From: Podarcis filfolensis
Taxonomy: Eukaryota
Strand: one strand, 5' to 3'
Assembly: GCA_964270895.1 (NCBI GenBank)
Contig: OZ185436.1
Length of the DNA: 64,000 nt
The notes beneath the pieces were generated by a model. It made no database searches. It was not told the DNA's origin and saw nothing but the letters and a program-made list of their open reading frames with translations. Positions 11,969 to 24,941 of the stretch are shown here, piece after piece (the first letter of the stretch is position 1; every line of letters starts with the position of its first letter). Position numbers and translations under genes: made by a program.

Positions 11969-12892
11969 CTGACATAACTTATGCTTCCGCTTGCCCTTGG
12001 TGGAACCTTTGTCGGAGGATGTTTTCTGGGGCTCCCTTGGATGCTTCTCGGACACATTCTTCCTCTCAACTTTTGATGGGTCTGTGTCTTTGTAAGGCTT
12101 CCCTGGTATTCTGGTTAAGAGGCTCAAGTCAATCTTCACAATAAGGGGATACCTTTCATCAGGATCACTGAGTGGTGAAAGGAGTTCCTTCTCTTCCATA
12201 GGAGAGAACATTCGTTGCCGTAAAAAGCTGTCATCCTCCTCCATGGAGGGTTTAACAGGAGTCCTATTGCTCTCAGAATATTTGGGGGTTTGTGATGAAG
12301 GAGGCAAGCTTTCATTCTCATCAGAATCAGAGGATGAGGTATCTGTTTCTATGAATTCCTTGGATTTCTGGGAGGACTTGTTTGCAACCTTGCACTTCTT
12401 TTTCTCGGTTGTAGGCCGAGGTGAAGATTTGGGCTCCTTCTTTATGTTGGGCTTTCTAGAGCCTTTTGTGGCTGCCTTGTGTCTGTTAGAGGGTATATTT
12501 GTTGTCATGTCCACTGGAGTTTCACTTTCTATTTTCAGCCCCCCTCTGGGCTCTTCCACAGATGGTTTGTCTGTCTTTTTGGGCTGTTTTTTACCTACAG
12601 TCCTCCTTTGGGTCATGCTGTCACTCTGAGCAGGTGACTTTTGTCTGCCCCGATTGCTCTCTGATCCTTTCTGGCTGGTTTTTGAATCTCTCCCAGGAGT
12701 GGAAGAAATTGATTCTTTAGATCCACTCTGATCTGCATATCCACCCCCTGTGCTCTGATCTCTACCCTCATTTTTGTAGCCTTGTGTTGATGGGATGTTA
12801 CTGTCCACAGAAGAAGCTGGTGATACTTTATGCGGATTCACCTTGTTCAGCCAGTTGTCCAGCTGCCACTTGTTCGTTGGAGGTGGTTCCGG
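11969..12892 (-). CDS. AFF4: AFF4 exon 11 ([15 protein letters not shown]...GKRKHKLCQ), 924 nt, includes the AF9/ENL-binding [16 protein letters not shown] motif
   Basis: acceptor ctttag|CCG; first phase-0 donor is CAG|gtcagt; lies in ORF 11861..12841. Confidence 0.95.
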
Positions 12893-14089
12893 CTAAAGAA
12901 AGAAAACAGGGAATCTTAAAAGTCAATACCTACATTCCCTCCATTTCCCGAGTGGCTAACAAGCTGAACCAAAGAATAAATAATAAACATTTTATTCCAA
13001 GCTTGCAAATTTGGAACATGGCCATCCATTATGCAGCTTACTCCTCTGTTGCTATAGAAAATTGAGGAAACTGCTGATTTAAGTATGTAGTCTCTCCAGC
13101 CTAGCCATGTCACAACAGGAGAGGGGGGCTGCCACAAGGTGCTAGGTTTTCTTCATCAAATTGCAGCGGGGGCAGCGTGCCACTTATCTACTCATCTGGG
13201 ATCAATTGCTCCCCTGCTCAGGGCAGCAGATTACTGTCAAGCTGCATGGCTGACTTAGTTAACTGTAAAACAAACAAGTAGGCCCTGCAGCAAAATGTTA
13301 AAAGGATATCCCACTCCCTGGGAACCACATTAGCAGGAGCCTTAAATAGGAATACTATGGAGGCCCCAGCCAGCATAGAGCAGAAGCCATGTTCTGGCTG
13401 GCTGACAGTTTTATTGCTCTATAGGTGGTAGTGGTGCCTAGAGAGTGGGAAATGGGAAATTCATATTTTCATCTCCTTCTGCTTGAAACACACCTGCATA
13501 TGTCAGTGAAGGGAATTTTTTAACCTCATGGCACGCATGCTCCCCAACACTAATCCCCCTCTCCAATATAGTTTTAAGCTGCTAGGCATGAGCCCTTTGC
13601 CTTACATTTCTCTCCAAACTGCCAATGTAATATTCCAGGTCTTGACTGCAGACTAAATCATCATCATCATCATCATTTTTAATTTGTATTAAATGATTCA
13701 CAGCCTGCCTAACTTCTGGTCCACTTGGCCCCTTTTTGTCTCATTCCCAAGGACAGAAGCAAGAAACTGCTCACAGAAAGCAATGGTGATTTGCTTCATT
13801 GTGATAGGCCAGCAAGGTGGAAACAAGAACAGGCGTTCAGTGTGAACTCAGATGATCTCCCTATAGACAATGCACTAAGCATTCCACAAGTCCCAGAAGC
13901 TCAGAGGCCATGCTGGATTGTGTTTCTATGTATACTTCTGAACACATAGGAAGTCCTGTTCCACCTTAATTCTTGGATATGATTGCTTCTAAAATGAAAG
14001 AAGATCAATGAACATTAATAAGCTGGGTATAAACAGTGCATAGTCTCTAACATGCATATTCCCCCTTTTGTCACATTACTGCTGTGCTA

Positions 14090-14341
<252 letters not shown>

Positions 14342-14581
14342 CTATAGGATTTTATCCATAGTTACTTTCAAACTATGGATAAAATAATTTATGCATAAGG
14401 CTATTAAGAAATATTTTAATGTTTAACCCAACCAGTTGAAGAGCCATGGCAATTCAATTGAAGATGAAATCCTAATTGGCTCTTGCTTTAAACAGATACC
14501 TTAATTCCCCACAGTTAAATTCTTACAGCACTACCAGTTCAACATAGCTTTATAATGCCAGGTGTATCAACCAATATTTAC

Positions 14582-14619
14582 CTTCCAGGTGTACCTCTTG
14601 GCACAGTCTTATCAGAATC
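14582..14619 (-). CDS. AFF4: AFF4 exon 9 (DSDKTVPRGTPG), 38 nt
   Basis: acceptor ctatag|GAT, donor AAG|gtaaat. Confidence 0.92.
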
Positions 14620-14964
14620 CTATAGTTGAAATAAAGGATCCAAACTAGAATTAGTGTCCTTGTAACAGGTATAACACACTCAACAAGGGTACTGGAAAAA
14701 CATATTTTGCTGTCTTTCACTGACATGAACATTATCCATCTATAAGAATGAAAACTAGGGAAAATATTGCATAATTGGCCAAAGTTTACAAGCAACCTAT
14801 GGACAAACATTAATATGAGAGCCATCAGCCATCCTAGCAGGGTTATACTATTTCAAATGTCGTTTGACAGGTTTTGAATGTCAATTGGCATGTTCATTTG
14901 CAAGTATTTTTCTCCCTTTCACTTGCAAAGCAGCCCAGCCAGCCCTTCCTACACTCTCAAAACT

Positions 14965-15035
14965 GAGAGCCAGCATGATGTAGTTGTCCAGAGAATTGGA
15001 CTAGGAACTGGGAGCCCAGGGTTCAAATTCCCACA
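14965..15035 (+). mobile_element. tRNA-derived SINE head fragment
   Basis: A/B-box-like gagagccagcatgatgtagt...ccagggttcaaattccc. Confidence 0.5.
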
Positions 15036-15199
15036 CTATTTTAAAACAGTGTATTAGTTGCTTGTTTCTATTCATTTTTAATTTTTGCCTTTTTAAATGT
15101 TGTGCTTTGTATTACTTTATTTTGATGGTGCTGTCAGCTCCCTGTGTAGCTTGGTAGAAAGGCAGGACAGAATTTTTTTTAAAAAAACACAAAAATCAC

Positions 15200-15254
15200 C
15201 TGCTCGACATCACTGTCTTCGCTGCTGCTGATTTTCAAGTCATTTATAAGGACG
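15200..15254 (-). CDS. AFF4: AFF4 exon 8 (VLINDLKISSSEDSDVEQ), 55 nt
   Basis: acceptor ttcctag|C, donor CAG|gtgatt. Confidence 0.92.
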
Positions 15255-16136
15255 CTAGGAACAAACAGAAAAAGGAATGGTTTGGTGTGTGTTTTTTTAC
15301 CAAATAATACCGTACTATCCTAACAATTTAACCTAATTTGTGATGATTGCCATTAATTTTCCTCCCTTTACATAATGGATTGACGCTCCGTTGAAGAAGC
15401 ATACTGAAAATCCTGAAATGGCAACCATTACAAGGGCAACAGAAGAAATTAAGACACTTAACATCTTTGTGGTGGGTGACAAAATGCAATGAGCAGATAG
15501 GCTCAAAGAGCTGTTATATTAAGTAGCATAGTTGTCCTGATGGAACAAGGAAAACACACAAGACATTGAATCACTGTAGGAACACTGAGTGGGGCACCAT
15601 GCAAGTCACATATAGGCAGAGAAGAAGGAGAGCGCTGTGGGCCTGAATTAAGCAGAATCCTATCCCAATTAACAAGGTTAGGGAATTCACAGGCACCAGT
15701 GCAATGCTGCCGCAACCACCACCACCCATTAATACTATACTGAAAATGCAGTCATCAAGTGCAAAGGCCAGTACATCACAGACAAAATGTACTTTGAAAA
15801 AAGCTAAGACTAAACTTTTAAGAGCATAGACTGTGCGTGACCACACAACACCAAAAAAGTAGGAGACGGAAACTAAATACAGAGTAGGCTTCATAAATTC
15901 TGGCATAAATTAATCGTAAGTCATTTTTAGTTTTACCATTTGCTTAAGAATCACTGCTATATTTTTAAAACATAATTCAAGGATATTAACTTGAACTCTT
16001 TCATGCTTTACTATGAACTCTCCAAGAGCTGGGCTGTGAATTAACATTCTGCATATAATGAAATACGAATAAAATTCTTGCATTAGCAAGAATTTAAACG
16101 CAACACTTGACATCAGTAACAAACATAGCATCTTAC

Positions 16137-16157
16137 TTTGTCTGGTTTGATTCACAC
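16137..16157 (-). CDS. AFF4: Candidate 21-nt AFF4 microexon in intron 7 (S-CESNQT-N)
   Basis: ttttaaccatatttctgtttcccccccag|GTGTGAATCAAACCAGACAAA|gtaaga; phase 2-2, no stop in frame. Confidence 0.55.
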
Positions 16158-16305
16158 CTGGGGGGGAAACAGAAATATGGTTAAAATTATTCAACCTTCT
16201 GGGTAGTTCTGCAGTAAAATAAAAGTTGCTTGGCAATGTTAGCTTGCTATATCTAGTTTACGACTATTCATGCAGCTGAATGATGTTCATCTAAGGTACT
16301 GGTTC

Positions 16306-16400
16306 CCAAACTGGACGGTACTGCCCCCTAAAGGGCAGTGGGATTACCAAGGGGGCACTAGGAGAAAGTTGGGCACTCCAGGTGATTCTCTCCAAAAATG
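16306..16400. mobile_element. Degenerate hAT MITE end
   Basis: tactggttcccaaactggacggtactgccccc, resembling hAT termini; no TSD seen. Confidence 0.4.
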
Positions 16401-17054
16401 CTGATTGCTTATTATTTAATGAAATGAATTTGCAGTTGCAAGAAAATAAGGTCAGTTTTATTAAGGCCAAATATGCCATCTCTATGTTTATTTCGAATAC
16501 AGGATTTTTCTAGATTGTAAGCTCCTTGAGCAAGGACTTGCCCTCTTATTCCCTGCATAGTGCTGGGTACATGGATAGTATTACCAAGAAAAACTAACTA
16601 TTAGACATTATTTCCCAAGTTAAGTTGCTGAATAAATTCAGGGGAGGGAGGTGTGCTAACTCTCAATACTTCTGAAGGTCAGTTAGGAGGTCTGACATTC
16701 TGCTCAGCATGCTTTTCATCACCCTCTGAGCAAACATGACAATAGAGGTCCCAGCTTAGAACTAGAGAGGAACTGGGGTTCATCCTCAAGCTTAGAAGCA
16801 CAAGACAAAAATTGAGGTGATCTTTCAGAAGAAGACTGGGGTTATCCTTTTGGTGCCGGGATACCAAAGTCCTTAGTATATCTCAACAGCCCAGTGCCCA
16901 ATCAATTCTATGTTCTCCCTCAGCTTCAGGTTTGGAGCAAAATTGGGGACACACTGACTGCACAATTGTTCTGGGCTGCCAAGGTGATCTAACTGTTTTC
17001 AAATCCCAGTGCAATTGTGGGAATACTCAATATGCCATCTATGCTCGGCCTCCA

Positions 17055-17212
17055 TAGCTCAACGCAGTAATGCTTCTGAATACCAGTTGTTGGAAACCAC
17101 AGGAGGAAGAGTGTTCTTGTGCTCAGATCCTATTTGTTTCCCACAGGCTTCTGGTTAGCCATAGCTGGATTAGATGAGCCATTGGCCTGGGCCAGCAGGC
17201 TATTCTTATGGG
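17055..17212 (+). mobile_element. L2-tailed SINE/LINE 3' fragment
   Basis: ends gattagatgagccattggcctgggccagcaggctattcttatg; homologous to 58925-59082. Confidence 0.6.
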
Positions 17213-17732
17213 AACAACCTCTGGGCTATTCTCCAGCTCCAAATCTGAAGCTGGATTGGAGGAGATCGTCTTTGACATTGAACAAAGCAATGTCATGAAC
17301 AAAGGACAGATGGGGAGGGCCTGCAGATCACAAAGTTAGGCTTTGCTACTCAAGCTAAGCAAAAATTGTGTAGCCTTGACCATAATAGTTCCCCTTCGTC
17401 AAGTGTAAACCACGTTCTTTTATGGCTGTGAAGTACTGAGAATTAAGTGCACCTGGGTATATAAAGTTCAAGTGAAAGTAAATGTGCAGTAAATAATCAA
17501 GAAGCAGCACTCAAGATTTCATGTTGAATTACTAACCTGATTAAGAAATCCCATCACTCATAAACATATATTGAAAGTGAGCATATTAAAAATAAAGAGA
17601 TGTACTATGCAACTATATAGATTTTCTGTCTGTAGCAGTTCCATCTCTATGAATCAATATGGCCATTTCCATCATATATATTTTCAGAATATTACTGTAA
17701 ATATTGCAAAGAAAATTATAGGACATACTTAC

Positions 17733-17781
17733 GATTTAGACTGGTGGACATTAGATGTTTTTGATGAAGAATTGTATCTTT
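17733..17781 (-). CDS. AFF4: AFF4 exon 7 (RYNSSSKTSNVHQSK), 49 nt
   Basis: acceptor cctccag|AA, donor TC|gtaagt; one codon longer than the 46-nt human exon I recall. Confidence 0.92.
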
Positions 17782-19802
17782 CTGGAGGTGAGAAAGATAA
17801 AATAATTGCTGAACACTAAGTTACAAAAACATATACATCACCCAAATGATATATATGGAGGCACGCATGACTCAGATGCAGACTGCAAGAGTGGGCTAAC
17901 CCACTGCATTCAGTAGCCCTTTCTTTTCTGACTTACATGCTAAACTTACTACTGTACTCTAGCTATGTCTTTACCCGGTTTCTAAAAAAAAGGAGAGTGA
18001 AAGACTAACAGTAAATCAACTACTGAATTCACAGTCTAGGAAGTGATTCAATAGTTTGACTTGTTTGTTTTACAAATATAAACAAGTTCTTCCCTTAACA
18101 TAAAGTACATATTGTTCCAGACAAAAATGTGCTGTTTATTATTTCACACAGCTACTTAATGATTTGGCTAGTAATGCTGTTATCTTAGCAGCAGTTTCAT
18201 TATCACCCCTGCTTGCAGAAGGTGAGCAATGATCCTTTTGTTCTCAAAGGCAAAAGTAATATGCAACATTTCAAAATACCTCATCCTATCATGTTTCCTA
18301 AAGTTAAAATATCACATGCTTCAGACCTAGTAACTATCATCACAAGCCTAACAATGTCTTTTCAGAAGTAAATCCTATTTTAATCAATGGGGTTTACTTC
18401 TAGGCAAACAAGGTTAGGACTGCAGCCTAATGTAACTTGTTTTGAGCTTCTTTGCTATCTCAATGAGAAAATGTTTACACTTTGGGGATTTGAGTCATGC
18501 AATGGTTTGAAGAAATTGGACAATGTTAGCAATTCATTGGTCAATGCAGCAACTGTGTTGCCACCAGAAGAAGGCCTACCATTTTCAGGAATCACTTAAA
18601 CAGATGGAAGCAACTGACAACAGACCATATAAACAGAGTGGTGCTTTTTGAGAGGGAGGGGAAACAAGATGCACTTGTTATGGATCAGGAAACAATGCAC
18701 ACATTTGTTGGAGGTTCTGATGCAAGATACAAATACTAGGTTGGGGCCCAGTGACCTTTTCAAGTTCACTTTTCCAATAAAATTCTTCTAATAAAACAAG
18801 AAGAGCAGCAAGAAGAGTTGAAACTGGTGCTCGAAAATGGAAATAATCAAATACTCATCATCTGCCATTCTAACTGCTGGTATAAAGGCCAGTTAATCTT
18901 AGAAATAACCAATCTGTCTGATTCAGATGTCATTCACATGTAATAAAGCAACAATTATCTCATACTATAGAACCCTGTGAGGAAGGAGGGGAAGTAGTTT
19001 GCAAGCTTACAGACGTGTGCCCAAATGCCAAACTAATGGTTTGACAATCAGCTCTGTGCCATCTAAATGGAGTCACAGTATATGAATAACTACTTATGCT
19101 TTTACAACTTAATCAATTAGTTATCCTAGTTACAGAAGACATTAAGTCAGATGTTGTGAATTAAATGGTGCAGTCCCGTTTCATTCACAGTGACTGCATT
19201 CCTAGTCATAATTATTATTTTGGAGAAAGCCAGTTCTTAAAAAGAACGGCCTTTGTTTAAAGAATGGAAGCACTCCAAGGGCAGAGAATAATAGAAATTG
19301 GCACAGTCTCACACAAGCTACAGAGACAGGCAAGGACTGCTCTGAGTTATGTCCCAATAAGGGAAACACAAGTAAGCTAGAAGCGAAGCTGTTCTGTTAC
19401 TTATCCTTCTCACCTAGAGATTACTTTAAGCTCATTCTCCAGGGTGCCTTAACCAGCTGAACTTCCTTAATTCTCACAAACAGGAGTTATGAAATCATTC
19501 AGAGCATAATGGCAAAGATTTCTCAAAATGCGCTACAACTTTCAAAGGGAACAAAAATAACAAGCACTAATTCTCAAATCAAACCTTCCTAGTACAGTAA
19601 GCACACACACACAAAAATAGATAAAATGAGAACACATTCTGATTCAGGTCTTTTATTGAGCCAGGCATCCTAGCCACAAGACCAGAAAAACTATCAATAG
19701 AACTTTTCTTCAAGTAAAGCATTCAAAAGAGAATTTTACTGTAAATTCTTTTTTAAAAAGAACAGAGAAATAATTCAGTACATAATATAAACACACACTT
19801 AC

Positions 19803-19839
19803 TTTGTTCTCCAGTGCCAAAATTAGATTGCTGAGCTTC
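19803..19839 (-). CDS. AFF4: AFF4 exon 6 (EAQQSNFGTGEQ), 37 nt
   Basis: acceptor ttttacag|GAA, donor A|gtaagt. Confidence 0.94.
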
Positions 19840-21321
19840 CTGTAAAAATACAAAAAGGTTACTTATCTGTTTAACAGAGACTCCTAAAAGAGGAAGTGCT
19901 TTAGTTGTGCTTGTGCTTGATTATTTAAATTTTAGAAAAAACTACAACAATTCCTTTGAAGTGTTATCCAAGCCTATCTGAATCTTCCCCAGACTTTAGA
20001 GCCAAGAGAATCCTAAAAGCTGATGCCTTCTTTCCTATGGTTTAAGGCACTGATCACATGCTAAAGTTTCTCACCCTTTTTTCTTTTTTCAATGAACACA
20101 CACAGTGGTGTCCCCCAAACATGTTTTTAAATGCAACCCACTGAATATGAATTTAAAGTGATGATAGTTGACTATTGGAAAGGAAAAAGGAAATGCCTAC
20201 TTTGCACATTAGGCTAGGGCTTCTTCTGGATCAAGCTTCCACTTCCAAATTCTGAGGTTACCACTTTTGTGCTACATGACTCATGCCATGCAGTCATTTA
20301 TACAAGCTAACATTTATATAATGGCAATTTACAACTACATATGACAATTTACAACTATTGCATGTAAGATAAATATCTACACTGGGCAGCCACATCAGTC
20401 CTGGGCCTGGGGATTCTCTACAGAGGTCAGCTGCAGCCAGACGTGAAGGAGCAGCAAGAGATAATCAGAGGAACATCTGGAGAGCTAACGCTGTAACACC
20501 AGCCTATTCCATCTCCCAATATTTGATGTTCTCCTAAGGATGAGTAAACTGCAGTAGGGAGATGTGCAACTGCCACCACCAAAGAAGTGGTTGTGCAGTC
20601 CAGAGGGTACCAAGATGCCGGTGAGTTATCTAAGTCTGATTTGTCAGCTTCTAGTGGGGAGTAAGAAGACCTCATCCATACCAGCTTAAGCCTGACACTG
20701 TGTGAGTCCCAGAATGGCCAAATACAAATTACAGGCACAATTTATATGAAGGAAACAAAGAAGAATTGATTTGCTTTCTCCGTTACATTTTCCAAGAGTT
20801 GTCCAGCACTGTTGTTCTGACTAGTGACTAGACAACTGAAGTCCAGTTCAGATAAAAGGCCACTGGAACCCTCTGCCACAAACTGAAACAAATTCAGATA
20901 CCACTGACTACATGGGGCAGAGTAGGAGACACAACACCAGAGTGTTTTCACTCCAACCCACAGGGTTGATTCCAGAAGGTGGTTTGGGGGGATTGGACTT
21001 CTGCATGAGTCCAAGGAAGTTGGTCCATGCAGTCCTGCAGGGTTTCTTTATATCCTAAGTAGTATCTAACATATATATGAAGCTGCTGGGTGATGCACTC
21101 AAGGCAACTGTAATAAACTGAATCCAGGTAAGACGAAGATGCTATGATTGGACAGTTCTGAGGCCTAGGAATTAGGTGTTTTGGATTGTTGGATTGTTTT
21201 GGAAGGTTGCAGGCCTCTTCAAAAGAGCAGGTCCTGCTTCTAGGGTATTCCTTGATTACACTTTATCACTTGAGTCCCAAGTGTCTACAGTGGTGTGGAG
21301 TGCATTTTCCTGCTCAGATTA

Positions 21322-21580
21322 CCGTATTTTTTGCTCTATAAGACTCACTTTTTCCCTCCTAAAAAGTAAGGGGAAATGTGTGTGCGTCTTATGGAGCGAA
21401 TGCAGGCTGCACAGCTATCCCAGAAGCCAGAACAGCAAGAGGGATCGCTGCTTTCACTGCGCAGCGATCCCTCTTGCTGTTCTGGCTTCTGGGATTCAGA
21501 ATATTTTTTTTCTTGTTTTCCTCCTCCAAAAACTAGGTGCGTCTTATGGTCTGGTGCGTCTTATAGAGCGAAAAATACGG
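21322..21580. mobile_element. Tc1/mariner-type MITE with an internal perfect hairpin
   Basis: TIRs ccgtattttttgctctataagac / gtcttatagagcgaaaaatacgg, flanked by TA. Confidence 0.9.
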
Positions 21581-23228
21581 TACTTTTCCACAAAGGATCT
21601 CTTCAGCATTCTACCATCATCATGGGGGCAGGCCTTTTCTGTTGTGCACCCCAGCTTTAGAACTCCCTGCCCTTTCCAATTCAGCTTCTATGCTTCTGTC
21701 ACTTAGACATCAGCTCAAAACCTGGCTGCTGGCATAGACTTTTGGTAACTGATTGGTAACATATGTTCAGCTGAAAGATGCAAAAAATGCTCTGCTTTTT
21801 TGTTACTTTGTTATGGTTGTTCTACTGAATAACTATTATCCATCCTGAGTTCTTTGAATTAAAAATATACATTAAAATGTACTTAAAAGTAGCTAACAAA
21901 CATGTACTAGTCTTCTGTGTTCCAACAGATGCCTATGTTAATCAAGTATGGTAAGTAAACGGCATGAAAGAAATAAAGTAATACAACACACACTTTCTTC
22001 TAAATAGTCTCTCTACAGAAGTTTCCATGCCTGGAGGTGATTCATATTTGTCATAATCATGTAGGTACTACATACTGTGTTTATGCTTGATTACATGGAA
22101 CCAATGAACCTTGGACTTTCCTTTTCAAGAACAGTAGAAAGAATGCAATCATAAAACTAATCTATTGCCATTGGTAACCGTCTAATATGACTTTGAGAAA
22201 TTCACTACTGCCAGCACTTCATGTAGTTATATGAAAAATTGAAGTTGAATAACAGAGTCTATTAAGGACTAACAAACACTAGGTTTATGAAATAACATAT
22301 TTATGTAAGTAATAAACCTTTGCCCTAGGCACCACCAGAAACCATGTGCCAAGAATGATACAATTTTATCATGTTTGTCTCTTCAGGATACTTTAAAACA
22401 TGATACTGAAAAAAATACCTGCTATAATCTTTTGATGAGTTGTCAGAAAGTCTTTCAAGCAAAGGATATTAGAGTTTTCCCACAACATGATCTCTCTTAA
22501 CATGGAGAGATCACTCCACAAACTAATATTTGAACTGAATAAGAATGAAAGCAAATAGCACAGCAACATTTTTTTAAAATAAATGCTACAAAACAGGAGC
22601 ATTTTGAAGAAGTCCTGCCTTCTTTGGATAATTTTAAAGTCCTCTTGCTTGATAATTTCTGTACATTTCTAGCCTCCAATATGCATATACTGTAGACAGC
22701 TACTGGGGTATTCGTAGGAGACAAGAGTTTACCTAGGAAAAGGGTTTTCTTAAGCATCAACTCAAGTCACCTGCTCAATACAAATTGCTGTTGATAAACC
22801 TCACAAATCAACCCAGGATCACTATTGTTGAAGTGGCTGCACCAGATTTTAAGATGTCTAAAAGAACACAAAGTATTGTGTATGGAAACAGCATAGCTGG
22901 AGCTTCCTGACAGGAAGAGAATTTGAACAATTCATATGACCTAATGTTCTGAACGCATGAAATAACATGCCTGTTAAAAAGGGTATGTAAATTTGTTCTA
23001 GATGAAAGAACAGGACACAATTATAATAAGTTCAATATGAAAGGCAAACAGAGTTAAGGAAAAATAAAGCCAAAGCAGAAGTTTCAAGCAAAGAATATAA
23101 CATGAAGCCAATAAAAACAACAATGCTGTAATAATTATAATTAAATTATGAAAATCTTGATCCACAAAAGGTAGCTTCTTTATTTTAGAATCAGCCAACT
23201 GCCGCATGCAATCATGATCTTTCTGTTA

Positions 23229-23372
<144 letters not shown>

Positions 23373-24574
23373 TTAATGCAAACCAAAAAGCACAGCTTAC
23401 AAGTGTTTTAAATTAAAATAATGGGAAAAGATGCCAATTCATGTAACAAGATTTAGTCTTCTCCTGCCCCCTGCAGTCTCCTGTCCCCTACTGATTGACC
23501 GGAAGGTTCCCCAAATGCTCCAAAGTAGATTTTACAGGGCTGCAGGGGAAAAGAGAAAGGGGGGGTTGTCCTTGCACAAGCCAAAGTATTTGCTTTACTA
23601 CAACGCTATCAATGACCAATCCCAACAAAACTTTGTGATCAGAGAATTAAAAAATAATTGTTAGCCTTGTGAACAGGGATAAATTGAACCAACTATGGGT
23701 GGAATCCAATGAATGTTGTTCTACTGACAAAAGGCATCCATCAGGAAAAAAGAGATGGAGACATTTTTAGCAATCGTTCCTTGCATTCTCCCTTGGTCCC
23801 ATCTAATCATGACAGTCGTCACTCGTCATCACCCCGCCCCCCAAAAATGGGGGGCTTCAAAGGAGAGAATGAATTGTCTCCCTCACTGTCCTGCTGGTAT
23901 ATGTCATTCTTCAGAATAGTAACACCCATGGGGATTCTACTTTATTTGTATTAAGAGTCTTAAATGAAACTGCTATATTTACCAAATAACCTAAAAGCTT
24001 TAGGTTTACCAGAAAGAAATGGAAGGAAAAAGTGGAGAGGAAGTTACAACATAATCTTCTTTCAAGACTGACTGTGATTAGTCTTTCAGAATTACATCAA
24101 TGTCATTTTCATGCAGGATACACAAAAATTATTTGATTGACTTAAGGAAACCTTCCAAGGAAAACAAAACATCTATTTATTTAATCCATCAGTTTTATTG
24201 CTAATTTAATATATTGATATGCTTTTCCACTATGCATATTCAATCATTGGGGGGGGGGGGGGTAAATAACCTTTTTATTTAATTTCTGAAGAGAAAATAC
24301 AGTAACATACTGATTTGCATATACAGGAAAATATTCTTTTAAAATATTTTAAGACTTTACCAAAGGAAGACTTTAGAAAAATAATCCGAAAGTATTATTA
24401 AAAATAGAGAACAAACTGGTGGATACCAATGGTGTACAGAAGAGGAAAAAAAGATAATCAGTTTTTAATGAAATGTTAAGCAATATATGGGGGCAATTGA
24501 TTTTGGATTTTTTCAAAAAATTCAACACATTTAAGCAAGAAAATCTCAAAAGCCAGAATAAGAGAACAACTTAC

Positions 24575-24619
24575 TTTTAGAATTTCATCCACACTGCTCA
24601 TGTCACTGGATGCTGATGC
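24575..24619 (-). CDS. AFF4: AFF4 exon 4 (ASASSDMSSVDEILK), 45 nt
   Basis: acceptor tttgtag|GCA, donor AAA|gtaagt. Confidence 0.95.
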
Positions 24620-24941
24620 CTACAAATGAATGATCAGAACTTAACTGGCATATTTGTAATTCAATGTTATAAAACTTCTAGAAAATTCAATTATTATAAA
24701 ATTACTTAAAATGGGATTCAAATTCAGTATTAAGGTACAAAGAGCAGCTTTCATACTGCAGATGAAAAGAGACTCTACAAACATATTTTCATAACTTGTT
24801 CACACCTTTGTATTTCTCATCAAAGTTTCCTAAAATGTATGCAGCTGAGGGAAACTATTGTTAACTTTTTAAATTTCTGAGAAAAATGGTAATCTAAGCA
24901 ATATAATTTTAACGTTCCTGTTTCATGAATGCTTCACTTAC

